A DNA stretch of 64,000 nucleotides from Candidatus Latescibacterota bacterium (GCA_965219385.1 CBDCNM010000002.1:2040936-2104935); one strand, 5' to 3'; positions 18,854-28,988 are shown, counted from the first letter of the stretch. Made by a program: numbers and translations. Notes: a model not told the origin generated them from the letters alone.

Positions 18854-20323
18854 TCAGATATCGTCGAATGGATACAGCTTGCGGCCCAGCCGTTTGAAGG
18901 CCCCGCCGCCCCCGGGTGGGTCGTTGACCCCCGGTTCGGACACCGCGTAGATAGCCCCGGCCCACGACTCGAAGCCGGCGCGAAAGTGCACCGTGGACTT
19001 GATGCCGATATAGCGCATCTTGCGCGGATCCAATCCCATGGTCAGGGAAAACGCCGTGCCGAAAGGCTGTTCGCGCACGCTCACCAGCAACACGTGGATC
19101 CCGCCCTGCCGGATATAGGCCGAGGGTCCCATGCACCCTTCCAGCCCTTTGTTGCGCGGCCCTTCGTAAAAGAAACGCCCGTCCGCAAGCGCCACCACTT
19201 CAGCCCGCATCGGCACGGGGTCGCCCTGGATGGGGGATGATTTCCCGCCCACCTCCAGCTCCAGGGTGGCCCCGATTCCGGCCTGCTGGCACTGGTGCAC
19301 CGCCGCCGGATCGACAATGTAGAGGATACAGGCATCCTCCAGCCCCTCCTCGACAAAGGTTTGCAGCACGCCGGTGCTGTCGCCTGGAGCGCCGCCGCCG
19401 GGATTGTCGTTTCTGTCGGCGAATATGGCTGGGAAACGCCCCCTATCATAGGCCTCCTTCAGGGCCTGGCGGGTCGAGGGCAGGGGCGCGTGCCAATCGG
19501 CCCGGCGCGCGAAGATCCACGCCCCCAGCCGATCCGCCAGTTCCTGGGCTCGGTCCGGGTCGCGGTCCGTGGCGATGTAGACCGAGGCCCCCATATCGGG
19601 GATATCGGCCAGGGGAAAGCAGGTGGCGATCGAGCCGCAAACCACTCCGGACTGGTCCTCGATCTTTTGCAACTCCTCCATGGCCTCGCGCATGGGCGAG
19701 TGGGCCGTGACCTGGTTCATGCCCCACACCAGGGGGATCTGGCACAGGGCCATGGTGGGCCGCACCCCATCGCGGACCATCTGCATCAGGACATCGGCAC
19801 ACTGGAGGCTGCGTTCGACCTGATCGATCTCCGGATAGGTTTTGCGCCCAATCAACACGTCGGCCATTGCGATCATGCGCCGCGATACGTTGGAATGGAT
19901 ATCCAGCTGGGCCAGGATCGGCACCCGGGGTCCGACCAGCTCGCGCAGGGCCTCCAGGATATGCCCCTCGCCGTCGTCGATGCCCTCGGCCACCATGGCC
20001 CCGTGCAACTCGAGCAGAACCCCGTCGATGGGCCCGGCTTTTTCGATGCGCCCCAGCATTTCGCCCAGGATTTCGTCGAAGATGGCCCGCGGTGTCGGGG
20101 CACTTGGGTGGGCATTGGCAAAGAGGGTGGGCACCAGCTCGAAGCCGTGTTTTTCGGCCCCCTGGATAAAGCCGCCGATGGCGGTGCCGGTAGCGCGGAA
20201 TCTCTCGATCACCTCGTCGCCGCGCAGATACCCGAAGCGCTCGTTGCGATAGCTCTCCCAGGTGGTCTGCACCGGGGTGAAGGTGCTGGTCTCGTGGCCG
20301 ATAGCGCCGATAATAACTCTCAT
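18854..20323 (-). CDS. M81/MlrC family metallopeptidase
   Basis: HETSTF, LHGAM, LDIHSN, DNPGGGAPGD, KSTVHFRAGF. Confidence 0.9.
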   Translation of the reverse strand: MRVIIGAIGHETSTFTPVQTTWESYRNERFGYLRGDEVIERFRATGTAIGGFIQGAEKHGFELVPTLFANAHPSAPTPRAIFDEILGEMLGRIEKAGPIDGVLLELHGAMVAEGIDDGEGHILEALRELVGPRVPILAQLDIHSNVSRRMIAMADVLIGRKTYPEIDQVERSLQCADVLMQMVRDGVRPTMALCQIPLVWGMNQVTAHSPMREAMEELQKIEDQSGVVCGSIATCFPLADIPDMGASVYIATDRDPDRAQELADRLGAWIFARRADWHAPLPSTRQALKEAYDRGRFPAIFADRNDNPGGGAPGDSTGVLQTFVEEGLEDACILYIVDPAAVHQCQQAGIGATLELEVGGKSSPIQGDPVPMRAEVVALADGRFFYEGPRNKGLEGCMGPSAYIRQGGIHVLLVSVREQPFGTAFSLTMGLDPRKMRYIGIKSTVHFRAGFESWAGAIYAVSEPGVNDPPGGGGAFKRLGRKLYPFDDI

Positions 20324-20325
20324 TA

Positions 20326-21672
20326 TCAGTACCCCAGTCTCGTGGCGTTTTCTTTAATACTGTGCCGCACCGCATCCACCACCTGATGCACCTCCTCCTC
20401 GTTTATCGTGAACGGTGGACTGATAGCGATGTGATCCCCTTCCACTCCATCGATCAATCCGGGCGCTCCGGGCATCACCAGCACCCCCTTATCAAAGATC
20501 GAATCCACCATCATGGAGGTCACGCCCAGCCCGACATCAAAGGGAGCCCGCGTGGCTTTATCGGCCACGAATTCGATGCCGATCAGCAGGCCCTTGCCGC
20601 GCACTTCCGCCACCACCGGCAACTCCTCGAGGGGTTTTAGTTTTTTCAGCATAAGTTCGCCCATGCGAGCGCATTGTGCGACCAGGTCGTGCTTTTCGAT
20701 ATAGTTCTGCACGGCCAGCGCCGTGGCGCACGAAAGGGGATTGCCACCGTAGGTGTGTCCGTGCACAAAGGAGGGCGATTTTTGGTAGATGGCGTCGTAG
20801 ATCTTCTCGTGGGCAATGGTGGCGGCAATCGGGGTATAGCCGCTGCTCAGACCCTTGCCGGTCGCCATGATGTCGGGCACCACATCCCAGTGCTCGATGC
20901 CGAAGTTGAGCCCTGTGCGGCCGAAACCGGTCACGACCTCGTCGACGATCATCAGGATGTTGTGGCGCTCGCAGATTTCCCGGACCAGGGGGTAGTACCC
21001 GGGCGGAGGGCTCACCCCGGCGGCGGAGGTGCCAAGCACCGGCTCGGCGATGAAGGCGGAGATGTACTGGCTGCCCTCCTGCTTGATCACCCGCTCCAGC
21101 TCCTCAGCGCAGTCGAGCTGGCATTCGGAGTGCCCCTGACAATAGGCGCAGCGATAGTTGTAGGGCGGCGCAATGTGGGGGAAATCCAGCAGGTAGGGCC
21201 CGTAGTCCTGGCGCCAGGGCGAACGTCCGGACATGGACAGCGCCCCCACCGTATTGCCGTGCCAGCTCTGCCAGCGCGTGATCACCTTGTGCTTTTGCGG
21301 ATTCCCGGTCTCGATGTGGTACTTGCGCGCTATTTTCATGGCCGATTCAGTGGCTTCGGAGCCTCCGGAAACAAAAAACACCCGGGACAGGCCCTCGGGG
21401 GTGATAGCGGTGATCTTGTCCGCCAGGTCGAGCTGGGGCTGGGTGAGGAAGCGACTGTAGGTAAAACAAACCTTCCTGGCCTGGGCGCTCATGGCATCGG
21501 CCACCTCCTGGACCCCGTGGCCAATGCTCACCACGTGTACCCCGGCACAGGCATCCAGATAGCGCCGACCCTCCACATCCACCAGGTACATGCCTTCTCC
21601 ATGGGTGATCCGCGGCCATTCTTTTTTGGGAGCACGGTGAAAGATATGCTCTTCGCTGTGGACCTGGGTCAT
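20326..21672 (-). CDS. Class-III PLP aminotransferase
   Basis: SGGSEATE, SWHGNT, DEVVTGFGRTG, TGKGLSSGY, HGHTYGGNP. Confidence 0.93.
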   Translation of the reverse strand: MTQVHSEEHIFHRAPKKEWPRITHGEGMYLVDVEGRRYLDACAGVHVVSIGHGVQEVADAMSAQARKVCFTYSRFLTQPQLDLADKITAITPEGLSRVFFVSGGSEATESAMKIARKYHIETGNPQKHKVITRWQSWHGNTVGALSMSGRSPWRQDYGPYLLDFPHIAPPYNYRCAYCQGHSECQLDCAEELERVIKQEGSQYISAFIAEPVLGTSAAGVSPPPGYYPLVREICERHNILMIVDEVVTGFGRTGLNFGIEHWDVVPDIMATGKGLSSGYTPIAATIAHEKIYDAIYQKSPSFVHGHTYGGNPLSCATALAVQNYIEKHDLVAQCARMGELMLKKLKPLEELPVVAEVRGKGLLIGIEFVADKATRAPFDVGLGVTSMMVDSIFDKGVLVMPGAPGLIDGVEGDHIAISPPFTINEEEVHQVVDAVRHSIKENATRLGY

Positions 21673-21843
21673 TGAATTCTCCTCGTCTATTGGGGCGGTT
21701 AATCAGCGCTGCTTCACAAGGCTGGACCGCATGACCTCGGGCGGACGGACCCGGGCTATAAGATCCTGGACAATCGCGGACGAATCAATCTTATTTTAGA
21801 AGGCTTCTTAGGAAAATCCAAATAACGGGAGTTGATTCGGATT

Positions 21844-22533
21844 ATGATTGAAGACCCCCCACTGCTCAAGGTACGACGCAACTTCCCCCGTCCTCCCTCC
21901 GCTGCGATTCGCTCTCTGCGCCACGTGCCCACCGGTTTTCTCGTGGATTGCATGAACGGCCGCGGCGCCCTCGACTACAGCATCAAACCACTCGACCTGT
22001 CCACGTGCAAGCTTGCGGGCCCTGCCGTTACCTGCCACGTCGGACCCGACGACAACCTGGCGCTCTTCGCAGCCATCGAAATCGCCCAACCAGGAGACGT
22101 GATTCTCACTGCTACGGACGAGTTTACCAAAACTTGCGTGACGGGGGATCTCCTGCTGGGCATGGCGCGCAACAACGGCATCGCCGGGTTTGTCACAGAC
22201 GGACTGGTGCGCGATGTAGAGGGCATCCTCGTCGTGGGGTTGCCGACCTTTTGCCGGGGCGTCACGCCCAACTCGTGCGTCCGCAACGGCCCGGGAACGG
22301 TGGGTTTGCCCATCACCATGGGGGGCGTCACCATTGATTCGGGCGATGTCGTGGTCGGGGATCGGGATGGCATCGTCGTCATACCCCTTGCCCAGTTGAC
22401 TCAGGTGTGCGAGAAGTTGAAGCAGGTGCAGGAGGCCGAAGCGGACCTTGCCCGCAAGGTCCGTCTGGGCATGGAAAACATGGATTCAATCAGGGATCTG
22501 CTCGCCTCCGAGCGCACCCACTATATCGATTGA
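21844..22533 (+). CDS. RraA family / HMG-CHA aldolase-like protein
   Basis: GPAVT, GDLL, DGLVRD, GDVVVGDRDGIVVIP. Confidence 0.88.
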   Translation: MIEDPPLLKVRRNFPRPPSAAIRSLRHVPTGFLVDCMNGRGALDYSIKPLDLSTCKLAGPAVTCHVGPDDNLALFAAIEIAQPGDVILTATDEFTKTCVTGDLLLGMARNNGIAGFVTDGLVRDVEGILVVGLPTFCRGVTPNSCVRNGPGTVGLPITMGGVTIDSGDVVVGDRDGIVVIPLAQLTQVCEKLKQVQEAEADLARKVRLGMENMDSIRDLLASERTHYID

Positions 22534-22588
22534 TTTCATACTTCGGGTCTGATACCCCGCAGCTTGTTGGGGGGAGGATTCATTTTTT

Positions 22589-23425
22589 TTACGACCAAAC
22601 GTATATTTCGTCGTCGTCTTCCGACATGGCAAAGAACGAGGCCAGCACAATCCGCGGGGTCTCGCCGCGCACAAAGGGGACCTCGTGGACGTACTCCGAA
22701 CAAAACACGTAGAAATCCCCCGGCTCCAGCTGGACCCGGACCCGCTCGGTGTTCTGTTCGGCCGCGTCCTGGTGAAAGGTCTTGTTCCAGTCATTCGGCA
22801 TATCCGGGGTCCACCGACAACGGTACAGAAAGGTCTGCCCCTTCTCTTCGTGGACTTCGGCGTTCTGAAAGCAGAGCACCCCGGAGAGTTGGCGCTCGAA
22901 ACGCGCGATCTCGTAGCGGCTGCGCGCGGTCTTTTGCACCCGGTCGCGCCACAGGGTATCGGTGTGGGGACCGTGGCCGCGGTCTTCGTAATAGGTGCGG
23001 AAGATGGCCGGACCGTACTGCCTGCCATCCCTTTCGCGCGCCACCACCGCCTGCTTGTCCACCGCCAGAGCCGCCAGGGTGCGGTAGATGAACTCCACGG
23101 GATTGTCGTAGCCCTCGAACAGGGCGGCAAAAAGCTCGTGGGTTTCCCGGGCGTGCTGGAAAAACTTCTCCGGATCCCTGCCGTGGGTCCCCATGCTGGT
23201 GCCGATATCCACCCGCCCTACCCCTTCCCGCTGGCGCGGATCGTAGAGCAGACCGCGCTGGTAAAAACGCCGCACCAGCGCCGCGGCGTGATCGGGATTG
23301 TAGGCCCTGCGCATGATGAAGGCCGGGACGCGGCCCTCCACCAGATCCTCGAGGGGGCGAGGGCACTCGGCGAGAATGGTTTCCAGGTCGGCCTCGACCG
23401 CAGCCCAGGTTTCAGTAGCCGTCAC
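22589..23425 (-). CDS. Putative 2-oxoglutarate/Fe(II)-dependent oxygenase-like protein
   Basis: HxD (GPHTD), PGDFYVF, distal His (VHEVP) and Arg, typical of the DSBH fold. Confidence 0.65.
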   Translation of the reverse strand: MTATETWAAVEADLETILAECPRPLEDLVEGRVPAFIMRRAYNPDHAAALVRRFYQRGLLYDPRQREGVGRVDIGTSMGTHGRDPEKFFQHARETHELFAALFEGYDNPVEFIYRTLAALAVDKQAVVARERDGRQYGPAIFRTYYEDRGHGPHTDTLWRDRVQKTARSRYEIARFERQLSGVLCFQNAEVHEEKGQTFLYRCRWTPDMPNDWNKTFHQDAAEQNTERVRVQLEPGDFYVFCSEYVHEVPFVRGETPRIVLASFFAMSEDDDEIYVWS

Positions 23426-23434
23426 GGTCTTCCC

Positions 23435-24124
23435 TCACTCCCTTTTGTCTTCCGGTACTTCCGAGCGATCCTGGGGGTGGTAGTCGATGGCCTTGCGGCC
23501 GTGCTCCAGATCGTAGAGCGGCCAGTCGCTATCCGAGACCCCGAAGACCACTTCGTACTTGACGTCCGGGTGGGAGATGGCCTGTTCGAAGAGCCTGACG
23601 CAATCCCCGTGGCTGAGTTGGTGCGGGTGCTCGGGCTGGTCGCGGTTGCGGTTGAAGTTGCCGATGCGCACGCACACCACCTCCAGGTCGGTGCGCGCCG
23701 TGTACATATACCCCAGGTTCTCGCCGAAGACCTTGGTGACGGAATAGTAGCTGTCGGGCCGGGGCAGCATGTCCATGGTGCGCTGCATGGTTCTGGGGTA
23801 GAACGACCGGGGCAACAGCCCGGCGCGGCTGGCGTAGGCGATCCGCCGCACCCCGTTCTGGTGGGCGCTCTCGAAGACGTTGTAGGTGCCGATCATGCTC
23901 TGCAGGGCCTGTTCCCATTCGGCCCCGACATTGGCTAGGTGGATGACGGCTTCCATGTCTTTGGTGGCCTGGTTGACAATATCGAAGTCGCCGATGTCGC
24001 CGACCAGGGTATCTTCCAGTTCGGGGGTGGGTACGCGGTCCAGGCCGCGTATCTGGTGGTGCTTCATGCCTTTTATCAGGTTCCGGCCGATCTGGCCGGC
24101 GGATCCTGTAATCAGTACGCGCAT
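23435..24124 (-). CDS. NAD-dependent epimerase/dehydrogenase (uronate dehydrogenase-like)
   Basis: ITGSAGQIG, RPDSYYSVTK (YxxxK), VRIG. Confidence 0.85.
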   Translation of the reverse strand: MRVLITGSAGQIGRNLIKGMKHHQIRGLDRVPTPELEDTLVGDIGDFDIVNQATKDMEAVIHLANVGAEWEQALQSMIGTYNVFESAHQNGVRRIAYASRAGLLPRSFYPRTMQRTMDMLPRPDSYYSVTKVFGENLGYMYTARTDLEVVCVRIGNFNRNRDQPEHPHQLSHGDCVRLFEQAISHPDVKYEVVFGVSDSDWPLYDLEHGRKAIDYHPQDRSEVPEDKRE

Positions 24125-24222
24125 CTATTTTACCCCTTTTCTCGAAGAAACGGTCGTCAGTACTTCGGGTAAATCGGCAGGCGGCCAAAGGGGAATTCTC
24201 AGTACTTCACAAAATTTCTTTT

Positions 24223-25344
24223 TTAAATCCCGAGAATCCGCGCCGCTGTACCTCCCATGATGAACTCCAGATCCTCCCGGCTGAGAAAATCGCAATACTT
24301 CTCGATCCAGTGGCGCGACTGGCGATAGGTGCAAAAGCGGTTCTGGAAGGGCATGTCCGTGCCCCAGAGCAAGTGATCGGCGTCGATGTGTTCGACCATG
24401 GCCTCGAGGGTAGGCCAAACTTCCCTGTAGGGAAAGTCGAACACATCGCCCAGGCGCACCGGGAAGCACACCTCCAGGTTGCAGTTGGGACTCTGGAAGG
24501 GTGCCCAGATGGCATCGGGTAGTACGATCCGGTCCCCTTCCAGGAAGACCCGCCAGGGAAAGCCGTGGGTTAGGCTGCACACCGTGTCCGGGTAGCGCTC
24601 CATCCAGCGCATCAGGATCTTCAACTCCTCGATATAACCCTGCCGCTGCTCTGTTAGGGAGCGCTCTCCGGCCCTCTCGGCCGGTCCAGAACCGAGGGTG
24701 AAAAACACCGGGACTTCGAGCCTGGTTGCCGCCTCCCAGAAGGGCCGGAAAAGACCATCGTCCCAGGGTTCGGTGCTGTCCATATAGGCGAGGGAGGGAA
24801 TAAACTTGATGGCGTGCAGGCCATGTTGGTTGATGGCGGTGTCGAGTTCGCCGATCACCGTATCGGTTTCACTGAGGATCCGCCACTCGTCCACCGGGGC
24901 CATGGAGCGCAGGCGATCCGGGAAACGCTCTACGCACGCTCCTAGATAGGCGCTGTCGCGGCCCAGCATGGGGTTGGTGTGGAGCAGGGCTATGTCCACC
25001 CCGGCGTAGTCCATCTCGCCGTTCAGGCTGAAAGGAGTGAATTCGAGGCTGCGCAAATTGGGCGGGTAAAAGTGCTTGGTGTACTCCTCGCCCTCCCAGT
25101 TCCACACCACCCGGCCCCGCGGGTGATTGACGCGAAAATTTACATCCGGGAGACGGGAAAGGTCGCGTCCTCCCTCGGGGTTGAGAACCTCGGATGAACC
25201 CAGGGCGCGATCCCGGATCCGGAAGGCCGGCTGGTGGTGGCCGGCATGGGCTATCTGGACCCACTTGAGATGTTCTTCGCCGCTGGCGTGCCCGGCCGGG
25301 CTGTCGGCCGGTTCAAAACAGTATACGTGCGAATCGATGATCAT
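24223..25344 (-). CDS. Amidohydrolase_2 family protein
   Basis: MIIDSHVY start, LLWGTDMPF, IMGGTAARIL. Confidence 0.85.
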   Translation of the reverse strand: MIIDSHVYCFEPADSPAGHASGEEHLKWVQIAHAGHHQPAFRIRDRALGSSEVLNPEGGRDLSRLPDVNFRVNHPRGRVVWNWEGEEYTKHFYPPNLRSLEFTPFSLNGEMDYAGVDIALLHTNPMLGRDSAYLGACVERFPDRLRSMAPVDEWRILSETDTVIGELDTAINQHGLHAIKFIPSLAYMDSTEPWDDGLFRPFWEAATRLEVPVFFTLGSGPAERAGERSLTEQRQGYIEELKILMRWMERYPDTVCSLTHGFPWRVFLEGDRIVLPDAIWAPFQSPNCNLEVCFPVRLGDVFDFPYREVWPTLEAMVEHIDADHLLWGTDMPFQNRFCTYRQSRHWIEKYCDFLSREDLEFIMGGTAARILGI

Positions 25345-25504
25345 GTCCCTATTCTCTGAGTACCCTGCGCCCGGGGCCCTCACCCAGGCCTCGCGCCATT
25401 CTCGGAATGCGCCGTACTTTAATCGAGTCTACATGCCCTGTCAAGTAAGCTGTCCCAACAACTGGGGGCTTCCTGGGAACCCATCCAAGAAGCGATCACC
25501 CAAC

Positions 25505-26083
25505 TCACATAGCCGACGACGCCATCCCGTCCAGGCGAATCAGCGGCGCCCATTCGGGATTGCGATACACATCAGCGGCCCTCTCTGGATCGGGAAAGCT
25601 CGTCAGGAAGCCATCCAGACAGTGCAAAAAATTCCCCAGGTCCAGGCCCATGTAGCTCCCGCCCTCTGCTTCTCCGAGCACCCTCTCCAGTTTGTTCCGA
25701 CCGAGACCCGAGAGCTTGACCATCCCTTTCCGATTGCCCTGGTGCCACTTGATCAACGCGGCCCCCACCTGGATCAGTCCCTGCAGGTACAGACGGCAGG
25801 TGGTGCGGGCGCCCTCCAGGCGCCACAACCCTTCCCACTGCTCGTGCGCCTCCCACCAGTAGGCGAAATTGTACAGGTCCACGCCGGAGAGGTAGGCCAG
25901 GTTTTTGCGCCAGTTGGCGGCGAGCAAAGGCGGGCCACTGTAGACCTCTTCGAAGCCGTAGCCGTGGCCATCGAGATGGGTGTGGGGATGCGGCGTTTCA
26001 CCCGGCAGGTGGCGATAAGGCGGAAAGTTCAGTTCGGGCACCCAGCGCTGACAGGCGGGATCGAACGGCCTGGGCTGAACCAT
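25505..26083 (-). CDS. DUF309 domain protein
   Basis: GVDLYNFAYWWEAHEQWEGLW, QGLIQ. Alternative start at 26119. Confidence 0.8.
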   Translation of the reverse strand: MVQPRPFDPACQRWVPELNFPPYRHLPGETPHPHTHLDGHGYGFEEVYSGPPLLAANWRKNLAYLSGVDLYNFAYWWEAHEQWEGLWRLEGARTTCRLYLQGLIQVGAALIKWHQGNRKGMVKLSGLGRNKLERVLGEAEGGSYMGLDLGNFLHCLDGFLTSFPDPERAADVYRNPEWAPLIRLDGMASSAM

Positions 26084-26084
26084 T

Positions 26085-27071
26085 TCAGGCGGCGATGGAC
26101 GCGGCGCGGTCGGATTCATGCAGTTCCTGGAGCCGCTCCTGCAACGGCTCCAAGTCCTGGTAGCGGGCCAGTTCGGCGCGGAGCTGCGCGGTTCCGGGCA
26201 GGCCCCTGAAATAACCGGCGTAGTGTCGCCGCATGTCGATGAGTCCCTGGCGCTGGCCCTTGTGTTCCACGGCCAGTTGCAAGTGCTGCAGGCACAACTC
26301 GACCCGCTGCTTCAAGGTGGGCTCCGGCACTTGCTCGCCCGTTTCCAGATAGTGCCGCGTTTCGCGGAAGATCCAGGGATGCTGGATGGCACTCCGGCCG
26401 ATCATCACCGCGTCACAGCCAGTTTGGGCAAAGGCGCGCTCCACGTCCGCGGGCGTGGTCACGTCGCCGTTGAGGACCACGGGCATGGAGACCGCCGTCT
26501 TGATCCGCGGAATCCATGAGTAGTCCACCGATCCCTTGTGTCCCTGGGCCCGGGTGCGGCAGTGCACGGTCAGGGCCTGGACCCCGAGGTCTTCGAGCAT
26601 TTGCGCTACTTCGACGATGCGGATGCTCTCCGCATCCCAACCCAGACGGGTCTTTACCGTGACCGGCAGGTGGGTGGAGCGCACCACCCGGGCCACCACC
26701 TCCCGCATCCGCGGCAGATCCTTCAACAGCCCGGCCCCGGCCCCGCGCAAGGCCACATTCTTGACCCAGCAACCGCAGTTGATGTCGATGAGGTCTGGTT
26801 CCTGGGCGGCCGCGATGTGCGCGGCCTGCTCCATGGACAGCTCCGAGGCTCCGTAAATCTGAATCCCCAGGGGCCGCTCGGTCTCGAGGAACTCCAGCTT
26901 CCGACAGGCGCGAGGGGCTGCGCGGATCAACCCTTCTGCATTGATGAACTCGGTGTACACGACATCCGCCCCCAGGCCCTTGCAGATGGTCCTGAAGGGC
27001 AGGTCCGAGACGTCTTCCATGGGGGCCAGCAAGAGGCCGGGGTTGGCTTCCACAGAGCCGATTTTGAGCAC
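26085..27071 (-). CDS. dusB: tRNA-dihydrouridine synthase
   Basis: LAPMEDVSD, DINCGC, VTVKTRLGW, HCRTR, NGDV, VMIGR. Confidence 0.92.
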   Translation of the reverse strand: MLKIGSVEANPGLLLAPMEDVSDLPFRTICKGLGADVVYTEFINAEGLIRAAPRACRKLEFLETERPLGIQIYGASELSMEQAAHIAAAQEPDLIDINCGCWVKNVALRGAGAGLLKDLPRMREVVARVVRSTHLPVTVKTRLGWDAESIRIVEVAQMLEDLGVQALTVHCRTRAQGHKGSVDYSWIPRIKTAVSMPVVLNGDVTTPADVERAFAQTGCDAVMIGRSAIQHPWIFRETRHYLETGEQVPEPTLKQRVELCLQHLQLAVEHKGQRQGLIDMRRHYAGYFRGLPGTAQLRAELARYQDLEPLQERLQELHESDRAASIAA

Positions 27072-27170
27072 TGGGGGCTTCCTTTTTGAGGTGGAATCAC
27101 TAAATGCAAATCTCAAATCTAAATCTATTAATCTATTGTATAATATAGTGATCCGCCAAGATCAGACAAT

Positions 27171-27485
27171 CTAGCGCGGCCTCGGGGCCGAGTTGGGCAG
27201 GGCCTTCATGATCCGCACCTCGCGGCGGCGAATGGTGGGCCGGATGGTGTCGACGATCTTGAGCCACTCCGGACTACTGTAATAGGCCTCTATGGCCTTG
27301 TCGCGCGCCTTGGTGGAAGGAAAGGAACGTATCCAGACGAACTCGTCCTCCTTCTCCAGATTTTCCCAGGCCGCCACCAGGGTGACCCCGTACTTCTTCA
27401 TGAAACTCCGGGCCTTCTTGAAATTCTCCAGAAAGACCCCCTTCTTGCCCGGGTGAAAGCGGTAAATCCGCAGCTCGTAGATCAT
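27171..27485 (-). CDS. NIPSNAP family protein
   Basis: MIYELRIY...FVWIRSF...YYSSPEW; GAGGAG SD. Confidence 0.85.
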   Translation of the reverse strand: MIYELRIYRFHPGKKGVFLENFKKARSFMKKYGVTLVAAWENLEKEDEFVWIRSFPSTKARDKAIEAYYSSPEWLKIVDTIRPTIRRREVRIMKALPNSAPRPR

Positions 27486-28084
27486 GGTTCTCCTCCTCGA
27501 TGAAGGGTGGATTCGGTAAGTACAATGTCTACAGGCATATCGAACTTTTCTGCAGGTATCTCCCGCAGCAGCAGACAATCGTAGGTCAGGCCGACCTTCG
27601 GGGCCTGGACTTGAGTTAGGAAGCGGTCGTAATACCCGCCTCCCCAACCCAGGCGATGGCCGCTTGGGGCAAAGGCCAGCCCGGGCACCACCACCAGGTC
27701 GATGGTCGCCAGGTCTTCGACCCAGTGCGGGTGGTCCAGGGGCGGCTGGAGCAACCCGAAGGGACCGGGCCTGGTCTGATTTAGGTCCTGGATCTGGGCA
27801 TGGTGCAGCACCCGACTGCCCTCCCGCACCACGGGCACGACCACGGCTTTGTCCCCTTCCAGGCAAAGGCGGATGAATTCGCCGGTATCCACCTCGTTGT
27901 CCACGCCGGAAATATAGGTGTGCACCCGTTTCGCACCCGCGTATTCGTCCAGCGCCAGCAGGCGTTGCAGGATGGCCCGAGCGCCAGCGCGCACCTTCTC
28001 CGGATCCAGGGCTTTTCTGCGAGCCAGACATCGGGCTCGCAAGCGCGCCTTGGCCTCTTTGAAGGGCAGGTCCATGGACGCCAT
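27482..28084 (-). CDS. 5-formyltetrahydrofolate cyclo-ligase
   Basis: NEVDT, DLVVVPGLAF, RLGWGGGYYDRFL, DMPVD. Confidence 0.92.
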   Translation of the reverse strand: MASMDLPFKEAKARLRARCLARRKALDPEKVRAGARAILQRLLALDEYAGAKRVHTYISGVDNEVDTGEFIRLCLEGDKAVVVPVVREGSRVLHHAQIQDLNQTRPGPFGLLQPPLDHPHWVEDLATIDLVVVPGLAFAPSGHRLGWGGGYYDRFLTQVQAPKVGLTYDCLLLREIPAEKFDMPVDIVLTESTLHRGGEP

Positions 28085-28203
28085 AATACGGGATGGGGAC
28101 AGGCATGTCAAGCTTCTTGGTCCCCTGCCTTCTACCAGGTGGACTTGCTTGACTAATCCGCAGGCAAGTCATAGATTGGTTGCTGATATTGTATACTTTG
28201 AGG

Positions 28204-28983
28204 ATGCCCACCTCCAGCCCCGCGGCGGAACAACCATTGGCCCCCCAGGAAGACGCGCTCATCCAGCAAACCCTCAAAGCCCAGGGCAACCTGCCCCGCC
28301 ACATTGCCATCATCATGGACGGCGATCGGCGCTGGGCCCTCCAGCACAACCTGCCCAAAACCGAAGGCCACCGCTACGGCCGCGAGTCGGTCCGCGACAT
28401 TGTGCGCGCCTCGGGCGAACTGGGCATCGCAGTACTCACTCTCTACTCCTTTTCCACCGAAAACTGGAGCCGCTCCCCCCAAGAGGTCCAGACCCTGATG
28501 CGCTGGTTGCGCGAATCCCTCCGTGATGAGATTGCGGAACTGGACGCCAACAATGTGCGGCTCAACGCCATCGGCCGGCTGGAGGAGCTGTCCACGTCGG
28601 TGCAGCTGGCGCTGCGCCGGGCCCTGGAGCGCACGGCCGACAACACGGGCTTGCAGCTGAATCTGGCGCTCAACTACGGGGGCCGCGGCGAGCTGGCCGA
28701 TGCCTTCCAGCGCCTGGCCGTCCAGGTCAAGGAGGGGCGTCTGGAGCCGGATGCCATCGACGAAGAAACCATAAACAGGGCTCTGTACACGGCCGGCGAT
28801 CCGGATCCGGATCTGCTGATCCGCTCCAGCGGGGAGATGCGCTTGAGCAATTTTCTGACCTGGCAGACCGCGTACACGGAGTTGTGGTTTACGCCGATTT
28901 ACTGGCCTGATTTTCGGCGTCAGCATCTGTATGAGGCCATCCGGGCCTACCAGCAGCGCCACCGGCGTTTTGGCGGCGCCTGA
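28204..28983 (+). CDS. uppS: Undecaprenyl diphosphate synthase (cis-prenyltransferase)
   Basis: PRHIAIIMDG, YSFSTENWSR, ALNYGGR, DLLIRSSGEMRLSNFLTWQ. Confidence 0.95.
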   Translation: MPTSSPAAEQPLAPQEDALIQQTLKAQGNLPRHIAIIMDGDRRWALQHNLPKTEGHRYGRESVRDIVRASGELGIAVLTLYSFSTENWSRSPQEVQTLMRWLRESLRDEIAELDANNVRLNAIGRLEELSTSVQLALRRALERTADNTGLQLNLALNYGGRGELADAFQRLAVQVKEGRLEPDAIDEETINRALYTAGDPDPDLLIRSSGEMRLSNFLTWQTAYTELWFTPIYWPDFRRQHLYEAIRAYQQRHRRFGGA

Positions 28984-28988
28984 ACTTG

